DNA of 35,209 nucleotides from a virus (lineage: Duplodnaviria; Caudoviricetes), in the IMG/VR virus record IMGVR_UViG_3300029825_000751, positions 1 to 35,209 of that record, one strand, 5' to 3'. Positions within the stretch are counted from its first letter, which is position 1; every line of letters begins with the position of its first letter. Under the pieces are notes generated by a model. The model had not been told where the DNA came from. It did no database searches and saw only the letters and a program-made list of their open reading frames with translations. This document shows, piece by piece, positions 26,729 to 34,414 of this stretch. Both the position numbers and the translations under genes were made by a program.

Positions 26729-28114
26729 ATGACAGATATACAAAAAACAAGAATAATTGAATTACCTGATGCGACATCGTTGAGGGGGGGGTACACAGTT
26801 GCCGACGATGGTGTGAAAACGTCAAAAGTAAGTCTTGAATTCCTCGAATCCGCCGCGTCGGGGCATCTCGGTTGGTACGGTGTCGAGCGGGATTCGTCGA
26901 TAGCCAATTCGGCATGTACAAGGATAGGCAAACATGAGTTACATGTAGCGCTTCCTATACAAAACCGGATGCGGCGTTGCCTGCTCCGTGATGACGGGAC
27001 AGTAAGATACTACCTGCACCCTAATGACAGTTCGAAAACAGATACGGGAATGCCGGCTGACTTATCCGGTGCACAGGGTCAGGTAATGGTAGAAATACCG
27101 GAACATTACTGCCGTTTCGAAACGGAAGGAACCATTTCACGCGTGAAGTTCTCGGAGTTTCCAATACCGGGGTTTCATAAAGTGCAAAAATGTTACGTCT
27201 CTGCTTATGAGGCAAGCGTGCAACGTTCAACAAATAAATTATCATCTGTTGTAAATCTTTCAGCTGATTATCGGGGAGGGGGCAATCAGTCCGGTTGGGA
27301 CGGAACCTTCCGCACCCAGTTAGGCCGGCCGGCTACGAATATTTCGCTTACAAACTTCCGTACTTATGCCCGTAACCGTGGGGCAGCGTGGAACTGCTAT
27401 GTGTACGATGTGCATAAGACGGTTACTTGGTTATATTTTGTTGAATATGCTAATTTAAATTGCCAGCTTGAGTTTAACCCCTCCTTGAACATAAATGGTT
27501 ACAGGCAAGGCGGATTGGGACAGGGGGTAACAAATATGTCGAACTGGGATTTGTTCGGGTATTATCCGGTTATCCCGTGCGGAACGACCAATAGCCTCGG
27601 AAATAAATCCGGAGTAATAAGCTATATAGTAAATAAAAATGATGAAGGAACAAATCAACAGGTATTGAATGTGCCGTCTTATCGAGGTATTGAAAATCCG
27701 TTCGGGCACGTGTGGAAATGGATGGACGGATGTAAATGCCGTATTCAGGCAGATGGTGCAGGGGGGCTCTCTGAATTTTACGTATGCGACAATCCTTCCG
27801 CTTTTCAAAGCGACAACTATGATGGATATGTTTTGCGGGGTGTGCTTCCGCGAGAAGAAGGGTATGTGAAGCGGGTTATGGCGGGCGAGTGGGGCGATAT
27901 TATGCCGGCTGAAACAGGCGGTAGTTCGGTTACGTATTTCTCCGATTACTACTATACGTCTATACCCGGTTCAGGGGAATCACAGAGGGGCGTTCTGGTC
28001 GGTGGCCTTGCGCATGACGGTGCGAGTGCGGGTCTCGTTTATGCGCTTACGAATAACGCGCCTTCGAATGCGCTTGCGACGATCGGTTCCCGGCTTTGCT
28101 TTTCCCCCGCGTAG
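26729..28114 (+). CDS. DGR target protein 3: tail fibre/receptor-binding protein with C-terminal CLec-type domain
   Basis: YRGIENPFGHVWKWMDG and RGVLVGG...GSRLCF motifs; VR3 occupies the extreme C-terminus; lies in the tail module. Confidence 0.9.
   Translation: MTDIQKTRIIELPDATSLRGGYTVADDGVKTSKVSLEFLESAASGHLGWYGVERDSSIANSACTRIGKHELHVALPIQNRMRRCLLRDDGTVRYYLHPNDSSKTDTGMPADLSGAQGQVMVEIPEHYCRFETEGTISRVKFSEFPIPGFHKVQKCYVSAYEASVQRSTNKLSSVVNLSADYRGGGNQSGWDGTFRTQLGRPATNISLTNFRTYARNRGAAWNCYVYDVHKTVTWLYFVEYANLNCQLEFNPSLNINGYRQGGLGQGVTNMSNWDLFGYYPVIPCGTTNSLGNKSGVISYIVNKNDEGTNQQVLNVPSYRGIENPFGHVWKWMDGCKCRIQADGAGGLSEFYVCDNPSAFQSDNYDGYVLRGVLPREEGYVKRVMAGEWGDIMPAETGGSSVTYFSDYYYTSIPGSGESQRGVLVGGLAHDGASAGLVYALTNNAPSNALATIGSRLCFSPA
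27988..28100 (+). repeat. Variable repeat VR3
   Basis: 113-nt ungapped match to TR2 with 13 mismatches, all at TR adenines (AAT>CTT three times, AAT>CAT, AAC>GAC, AAT>AGT, GCA>GCG, AGT>GGT, CAG>CGG, CTA>CTT). Confidence 0.96.
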
Positions 28115-28119
28115 CGGGG
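28105..28119 (+). promoter_or_regulatory. GC-rich hairpin just downstream of VR3 (DGR target-recognition-like)
   Basis: CCCCGC-GTA-GCGGGG: 6-bp GC stem with a 3-nt loop, 4 nt after the VR end. Confidence 0.7.
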
Positions 28120-28141
28120 CGAACGCGTCCGGTAAAAATAT

Positions 28142-28380
28142 AGGCTGTTTGCTTTTGGGCGTTCTGGTCGGTGGCAATGCGAATAACGGTGCGAATGCAG
28201 GTCTCGTTTATGCGAATACGAATAACGCGCCTTCGAATGCGAATGCGACGATCAGTTCCCAGCTATGCTGAAGAAATATAAATAAAAGCAAAGGCCTTGC
28301 CGCTTGGCAAAAGATTACATTTAGTTATAAGGGTATTAGTATTCCGGATTCGGGAAAAAGTTCCCTATAAACAAGCAAAG
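28142..28380 (+). ncRNA. DGR template RNA 2 (TR2 plus structured flanks)
   Basis: TTTGCTTTT (28148-28156) pairs with AAAAGCAAA (28284-28292) around TR2; hairpin TTGCC-GCTT-GGCAA (28297-28310); ends in AAGCAAAG (28373-28380). Confidence 0.75.
28157..28269 (+). repeat. Template repeat TR2 (no adjacent RT)
   Basis: Intergenic, rich in AAT/AAC codons (26 adenines), matches VR3 but not VR1 or VR2. Confidence 0.96.
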
Positions 28381-28404
28381 ATTAAAACTGTAAAAAATAA
28401 ATAT

Positions 28405-28719
28405 ATGAGAGCGAACTCGGATCATAGGCCTCGGGCCCTTTTAGATTTAGGAGACGGTACCTGGCATTTCAATTACGATATAAAAAAGATTGAATCGGAG
28501 GATGAATCAGGTAAAAGAATTTCGTATGAATATCATACCGTACATGTTCATAATTGTTCATATGCTACGATTGTCGGCGCGATGATACGGAATCGATATG
28601 TGGTTGATGAAGAATTATCCCTCCAGCGACAGCGTAATGAAAAACCGGCTGAGTTTCAGTCGTATTTTGACTATTGTGAAGAATGCAAGGCGATTGTTAA
28701 GAAAGAATTAGGATTATGA
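28405..28719 (+). CDS. Hypothetical tail-associated protein (possible fibre chaperone)
   Basis: ATG at 28405 (MRANSDHRP) is preferred to the TTG at 28297; ATGA overlap with the large tail gene. Confidence 0.7.
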   Translation: MRANSDHRPRALLDLGDGTWHFNYDIKKIESEDESGKRISYEYHTVHVHNCSYATIVGAMIRNRYVVDEELSLQRQRNEKPAEFQSYFDYCEECKAIVKKELGL

Positions 28720-31700
28720 ACATATACGATAGTACAGGTAAAGAGATACTCGATATACTTGTAGATGACAGCAGCGTGCGTTATCGCTCGATAATGAGTG
28801 ATGACAGCCTGACGCTCGACTTTTCAACAACGGGGCCGGTATCGGTTCCACGCTGGGCGTATTGTGTATATGAAGGTGCCCGGTACACGTTGTTCTATAC
28901 CGAGAACTTTAAGAAGAATAACACACGAGATTTCGAATATACCCTTACGCTGCACGGATGGCGCGAGTGGCTGAACTTTGTTAAGTTCAAAGATGTCTCT
29001 TCAAAGCCTTACAGACTGAAATTTAGCCTTACCGCTACACCGCGCGAGTTCATGTCCGCTCTGGTGGCTTGCTTAAATCTCGCTGATCCGATGGGCGGAT
29101 GGGCGGTGGGCGATTGTATCGAAGCAACAGAAAAAGCGCTATCATTCAATCATGAATGGTGTATCGATGTCCTGGGCCGTTTCGTTTCAGAATTTAATAC
29201 AGAATATGAGTTTGAATCGAAGATTGTCCATCTTCGAAAAGTTGAAAAATATAAGGGTGATCCGCTTCCGCTCAGCTACGGAAAGGGTAACGGTTTTAAA
29301 TCGGGCGTCGGACGGTCGAACGAAGGGAATAAACAACCGATCGGGAAGTTGTTTGTCGAGGGTGGCGATCGGAATATTGATTATTCAACTTACAAAAGCA
29401 ATACGCTGTTACTTCCCAAGTCTGCCACGCTCGAATATAACGGTAAAACGTACAGGACGGATGCGGACGGGGTGTATATCACCCGCGACGGGAATAACAA
29501 TATAGGGGAAGATAGCTACGATGGTAGTTCTCATTACCCGAAACGTGTCGGTACCGTGTCGGAGGTGATCCCGGTCGATGCTCCTAAGAATTTCTATGAC
29601 ATAAAAGACAGCAGCATCCCGGCATCGCTCGATTATTCGAAATGCAGAATCGGCGGCGAAAAGGCGACGATCGTCTTTCAAAGCGGGGTTCTTGCTGGAC
29701 GTGAATTTGATCTCGAGCAAACCGATATTGCGCTTACCGGATATATTCATTCAGAGCGTCGTTTTAAGATTGTCCCTGCCGAACTCGACGGTTACATGAT
29801 GCCCGGTGGCGCATTTGTCCCCGCTGTGGGAGATAAGTACGCGATCTTTAATATCTCCATGCCGTCGGCGTATATTTCCGACGACGCAACCAAAACGGGC
29901 GCCAGTTGGGATATGTTCCGGGAGGCGGTAAAATACTTTGCCGAAGAGGAGCAGGATAAATTTAGCTTTACCGGCGAGTTGGATGGCGTGTGGAGCAAAT
30001 CGCGCTGGCTCGAGATCGGCGGAAAGATCGTCCCCGGCGGGCATGTGTTATTTTCCGATCCGCAGTTTCAGCCCGACGGCGTGCTGATTCGGATAACGGC
30101 CGTAAAAGACTATGTTAATAGCCCGCATAAACCGGAAATCACACTAAGCAACGCGCCGGTATCCGGATCGTTTTCTGCCGACTTGGGGAAGATTGAAGCG
30201 GGGGAAGTTATCCGGGAATCAGATAAAAAGGAAGTCATTAGGTATTCAAAACGTCAGTGGCGCGATGCCCGCGAAACAATGTCGATGTTGCAGGAATCGT
30301 TGTTAAATTATTCAGGAAGCATCAATCCGATCACCGTCCGAACAATGCAATTGCTCGTCGGAGATGAGGGCCTACAATTTCGCTTTGTAAACAGCAAAAC
30401 CAATCCGCAGCGGATTAATCACGATGTTTCTTTCAATGCTACTACAAAGGTTTTAACAGCCGCGAGTGGGATATTGCAGCACATGACGCTCGGTATTACG
30501 ACGCTGAAAAAAACACACGCCGCGTCAGAGTATAAGTACTGGGATATGTCCGCTTACGCATCGCCGGCATTGGAAGCGCACAAAGCATATTACCTGTACG
30601 CTAAATGCTCCAAAACCGGCACAGCGGGCACGTTCTTGCTTTCGGAAACCGCGATCGCGATGGAAAGTGTAGCAGATTACTATCATTTTCTGCTCGGTAT
30701 TCTCAACAGCGAACAGGACGATGACCGTTCCTTTGCCCCGCTTTACGGTTATACGGAAATCTTGCCGGGCCGCGTCACAACTGATAAAATTGTCAGCCAG
30801 GACGGTAAAACTTATTTCGACTTATTAGGGGGTGTCATTGGTGGAAGGATTAAATTCCAATCAGGAGGCGAGGATAAGGATTTAGGAGATTGGGCCAAAA
30901 GCGCAGACGACGGCATCCAGGATGCGAAGGACAAAGTTGATGATTTGCAGACAGGGGGTGTGAATTTATATTTAAACAGTAATAAAAAAGTAACTAATGC
31001 CGGATATGGTTTAACAACTTATTCGTTTGCTCCCGGTACCGAGTTAATTGCCGGTGAGGACTATGTTTTATCTATTAAAGGAACACTTACTGATCCATCT
31101 CAAGATGGTTTTTATATTAACGTACAAATCAACGATGGCTCTTGGTCTGCATTGGTAATAGTTGGTGAAGCTGATAAAGACGTCGATGGTGTATATCGGA
31201 AAGTGTTTAAAATGCCCTCTCTTGCAGGAATTGACACGCATAATATTTCAGGACTTTATTCAAATCCTCCCGGCACTTACAAACAGTCATCGGTTGATTG
31301 GATAATGCTGCAAAAAGGTAATAAACCTTCTATAAGTTGGCAAGAAAATCCCGCCGACACTCAAGCTCGAATTGCAGATGCAAAACAAGCTGGAAAAGAT
31401 GCGCAAGATTCGATTACAGAAACAAACGCTACCGTTTCGGGATTGAAAAACTTTACAGATACGTCTTTCAGGGACGGAATAATAGATAGGACGGAAAGCG
31501 CAGCTATCGAAAAATATAAAAACTCTCTCAATGAGACAATGTTAAAGGCGGAAGCAAGCTATAACAAAGTGTACGGGAATAGCTACCTCGAAGGTTCCGC
31601 TAAAACGAATTTGCTTAACGCGAAAATAAATCTTTGGGGCGCGCGTGATACTCTGCTTTCTTCGATAAACAGTGCAATCGCAAACGGCGAAACGACCGCG

Positions 31701-33518
31701 GCAGAAAAGGCAGATGTCGACAGCAAATTCAGCTCATTTAATTCTTATATGTCCGCTTATCAATCGGCATTAGAGGAAGCGAATAAAGCGATACAAGTTA
31801 AATTAGACAGCCTATCGACCGACAAAGCTAATAATGCTAAATCCGATGCAATTAGTGAGGCTAATCAGTATACGGTTAATCAGCTTCGAAGGACTGAAAC
31901 AGTAATAGATGCTCAATCCTTAGATGTCAACACGTATTATCCAGTTCTCATAAAAATGTCTTCGGCCGTCCCTTATCGAATCAAGTTATATCGAACTTTA
32001 TCTGGTGCCGCTGATGGTATTCCTTCGTGGAGCACCCATACGGGTGGTTTTTCTGTTAACTGCGAATGGACAAGCATCGGGTCAGGTTGGGGGACAATTG
32101 ATGTTAGAAGAATCATTGAACGATTTTCTATCAGATTTGTAAATGGTGAAGCAGTAGGTTCGATAGGCCAAATGACAAATAGTAGCTATGAATATATTTA
32201 CGTACGCGGCGGTTCTCGGTATCATTTTATAGTAGAAGGAGGAACGGGTGTGGAGGTATCTCTTAAAACAGAAGCCTTCACAACATATAACGAATCGGTC
32301 GGCCCAATATCTTCTGGAATAGTAGTGCCGGTTATCACGACTGATGCTATTAATGCCGTTGCTGCCGATGCGCAGGCAAAAGCCAATGAGGCCAAAGCCA
32401 AAACGCAATATCAAACCCTTATAGACGGCGGTCTAATATACTCTGCAATCATGAAACTGTTCGATGCCGGCGGAACGGGTAACGAGACTGCAGGGATAAG
32501 CGGAGTTGTCAACGGCGATACTAATAATCCCGCATTTTGGGCAGGCGGAACCTATGATGATGCGGTAGCCGGCATTGCGAACATTATACATCGTTTCAAT
32601 GGGAGTAGTAAAATCGGAGTGTTTTTTGTTGAAAAAGATGGAAAAATAAGAGTCATTGATCCGGGCACTGGCGAAACAAGGTTCCTTTTTAATAATGCAA
32701 ATATTCCGACACTTTCATCCCTGCTAAATTCAAGCGGGTACGGGCAAACGGTTAGTAATGCAGAGGAATTAGATACAGTTACCACCTACGAACTTCCGAA
32801 TAAGCTGACAGTAACAAAAGAAGGTTCTGAAATTATATTTAATGCGTCTTATCTTCAAATAGCCCTTCAGGGCAGCTATGGTCAGAACGGCGTAGTAGTC
32901 ATTCGGTTGCACAAAGATGGAGAACTCTATGCCATAGGAGAAAGACTTAGCCTTACTTTATCGTCTTCGAGCGGGACATTTAGAAGGGAAAACATAATGA
33001 ATAATTTTCCCAACCTCCCAACGGGTACATATTCAATCGTCGTTGCTGTATCTGGAAATGCTACAAGCAAATTTGGGCATATCGGAGCATCTACGTTAAG
33101 CTGGCGTTTCGCGGGGGCGAAACAAACACAATTCGGATTAAACGGCTTTACTTCTTTCTTCTCTAATAATCACATTTATTTCACAGAATCCGGCGGGTTG
33201 GATGTTCGGGGCAAAGTGAATATGCCGGGTGTATTGGCGGCAGGGAGAGCAAGTTCTCAAGGGATAATGCAATACGGATGGAAAATGTCTAAAATATCGA
33301 ATTTGGATGTGAATAAAAATGGCACAGGTAGGTATACTATTACACACAATATCGGGCACCAGAAATATAGCCCTATAATCATCCAGTTAGGACAATCAGT
33401 CTTTCCATCAGTAGATTATATTGGGAACTATGCGGTTGAATGCTCGTTTTGGGAAAAAGACTCAGGTAACCTAACCGATGCTCCATTCTCTTTTACCCTG
33501 ATCGGAGAAAGCTATTAA
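28716..33518 (+). CDS. Large tail-tip/central fibre protein
   Basis: 1600 aa; N-terminal hub-like region (LPLSYGKGNGF), coiled-coil linkers alternating with beta-rich modules. Confidence 0.82.
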   Translation: MNIYDSTGKEILDILVDDSSVRYRSIMSDDSLTLDFSTTGPVSVPRWAYCVYEGARYTLFYTENFKKNNTRDFEYTLTLHGWREWLNFVKFKDVSSKPYRLKFSLTATPREFMSALVACLNLADPMGGWAVGDCIEATEKALSFNHEWCIDVLGRFVSEFNTEYEFESKIVHLRKVEKYKGDPLPLSYGKGNGFKSGVGRSNEGNKQPIGKLFVEGGDRNIDYSTYKSNTLLLPKSATLEYNGKTYRTDADGVYITRDGNNNIGEDSYDGSSHYPKRVGTVSEVIPVDAPKNFYDIKDSSIPASLDYSKCRIGGEKATIVFQSGVLAGREFDLEQTDIALTGYIHSERRFKIVPAELDGYMMPGGAFVPAVGDKYAIFNISMPSAYISDDATKTGASWDMFREAVKYFAEEEQDKFSFTGELDGVWSKSRWLEIGGKIVPGGHVLFSDPQFQPDGVLIRITAVKDYVNSPHKPEITLSNAPVSGSFSADLGKIEAGEVIRESDKKEVIRYSKRQWRDARETMSMLQESLLNYSGSINPITVRTMQLLVGDEGLQFRFVNSKTNPQRINHDVSFNATTKVLTAASGILQHMTLGITTLKKTHAASEYKYWDMSAYASPALEAHKAYYLYAKCSKTGTAGTFLLSETAIAMESVADYYHFLLGILNSEQDDDRSFAPLYGYTEILPGRVTTDKIVSQDGKTYFDLLGGVIGGRIKFQSGGEDKDLGDWAKSADDGIQDAKDKVDDLQTGGVNLYLNSNKKVTNAGYGLTTYSFAPGTELIAGEDYVLSIKGTLTDPSQDGFYINVQINDGSWSALVIVGEADKDVDGVYRKVFKMPSLAGIDTHNISGLYSNPPGTYKQSSVDWIMLQKGNKPSISWQENPADTQARIADAKQAGKDAQDSITETNATVSGLKNFTDTSFRDGIIDRTESAAIEKYKNSLNETMLKAEASYNKVYGNSYLEGSAKTNLLNAKINLWGARDTLLSSINSAIANGETTAAEKADVDSKFSSFNSYMSAYQSALEEANKAIQVKLDSLSTDKANNAKSDAISEANQYTVNQLRRTETVIDAQSLDVNTYYPVLIKMSSAVPYRIKLYRTLSGAADGIPSWSTHTGGFSVNCEWTSIGSGWGTIDVRRIIERFSIRFVNGEAVGSIGQMTNSSYEYIYVRGGSRYHFIVEGGTGVEVSLKTEAFTTYNESVGPISSGIVVPVITTDAINAVAADAQAKANEAKAKTQYQTLIDGGLIYSAIMKLFDAGGTGNETAGISGVVNGDTNNPAFWAGGTYDDAVAGIANIIHRFNGSSKIGVFFVEKDGKIRVIDPGTGETRFLFNNANIPTLSSLLNSSGYGQTVSNAEELDTVTTYELPNKLTVTKEGSEIIFNASYLQIALQGSYGQNGVVVIRLHKDGELYAIGERLSLTLSSSSGTFRRENIMNNFPNLPTGTYSIVVAVSGNATSKFGHIGASTLSWRFAGAKQTQFGLNGFTSFFSNNHIYFTESGGLDVRGKVNMPGVLAAGRASSQGIMQYGWKMSKISNLDVNKNGTGRYTITHNIGHQKYSPIIIQLGQSVFPSVDYIGNYAVECSFWEKDSGNLTDAPFSFTLIGESY

Positions 33519-33556
33519 AAAAAGCCGGATTTTTATAGTCCGGCTTTTTTTAATAG
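33512..33556. terminator. Bidirectional intrinsic terminator
   Basis: 18-bp perfect inverted repeat CTATTAAAAAAAGCCGGA / TCCGGCTTTTTTTAATAG with a 9-nt loop, between convergent genes. Confidence 0.9.
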
Positions 33557-33570
33557 TTCTTTGAAATATT

Positions 33571-34173
33571 CTATTCAAAAGGCAGGAATGTAAACGCCTC
33601 GTTGAACAACCTATACACTTCTGTATAGTTCGCGTCTGCGTAGGCGGATTCAATGAGCGGCCTTACGGAATTTATAACATCTTCGGGGATATACGCAATT
33701 GTATCTGTAATTACTGTGTCAAATTGCCCTATTTGGGTTGTTTTGATTGTTGGGTCATATATTAACGTATCAGTTGTTCCTTCCTTAATATACAATAGCC
33801 GAGTAATATAAATATCATAGGCATGAGTAAAATCCCTGACATAATTGCCTTTTTGGTTGATAACATCTGTTCCCCACATTTTCAAAGCGGGGATTGTCAA
33901 ATCTCGCTGTGCTTCCGAAAAACCGCGACTGGCAGTGTATATTGTTTCCTCGTTGTATTTATCGTCGCTATACCGAGTGGTAAATTGTATTTCGTGCCCT
34001 TGTTCGACAATCTCCAAAGCGGTTAACCCCGATACGGTTGCGCGCACTCCTGCGGCAGGTCTGATCAGAATCATCGCATTCGGATCGAGTTTCCCTTTGT
34101 TGGCGCTTGGTTCGTCTTTGCCGCAAGAGGCTAAAATAATAAGTGATAATAAAAAGAATAAGATTTTTTTCAT
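33571..34173 (-). CDS. Lipoprotein moron
   Basis: ATG at 34173; signal MKKILFFLLSLIILAS-C followed by GKDEP, like Bacteroidetes surface lipoproteins. Confidence 0.82.
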   Translation of the reverse strand: MKKILFFLLSLIILASCGKDEPSANKGKLDPNAMILIRPAAGVRATVSGLTALEIVEQGHEIQFTTRYSDDKYNEETIYTASRGFSEAQRDLTIPALKMWGTDVINQKGNYVRDFTHAYDIYITRLLYIKEGTTDTLIYDPTIKTTQIGQFDTVITDTIAYIPEDVINSVRPLIESAYADANYTEVYRLFNEAFTFLPFE

Positions 34174-34240
34174 AACTGAAACATTTAAATATGAGTATAA
34201 AAATATAAAATAAATATCAAATAATGAATGGTAAGGGTAT

Positions 34241-34375
34241 AAAAAAACCCTCGCCGTCAATTCGTCAAAATACCACTCCTAACGAATTGAGAAGGTGCCA
34301 CGACACCACAGCAAGGGCTATAAGCCTTTCGGTGTCGTGGCACCTATTTTTATACGGAGTGGTAGTGCAAAGATA
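34241..34375 (-). ncRNA. Candidate structured leader or sRNA with its own -7 promoter box
   Basis: TATCTTTG on the minus strand (34368-34375); 15-bp perfect stem 34293-34307 / 34331-34345; outer stem 34271-34279 / 34356-34364; alternative pairings; T7 run at the 3' end (34241-34247). Confidence 0.55.
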
Positions 34376-34414
34376 TGAATTTTGATAATATAAAAACGAA
34401 ATAGAATAAAAAAA

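Noticed and set aside
28002-28271. 89-aa ORF spanning VR3 and TR2
   Set aside because: An artefact of the stop-free TR frame; it overlaps the real target gene.
28297-28404. TTG-initiated extension, or an RT remnant after TR2
   Set aside because: The sequence corresponds to the RNA scaffold and shows no RT motifs; the gene more likely starts at 28405.
34174-34260. Longer TTG start for the second lipoprotein
   Set aside because: The signal peptide begins at ATG 34173; the upstream part is AT-rich leader.
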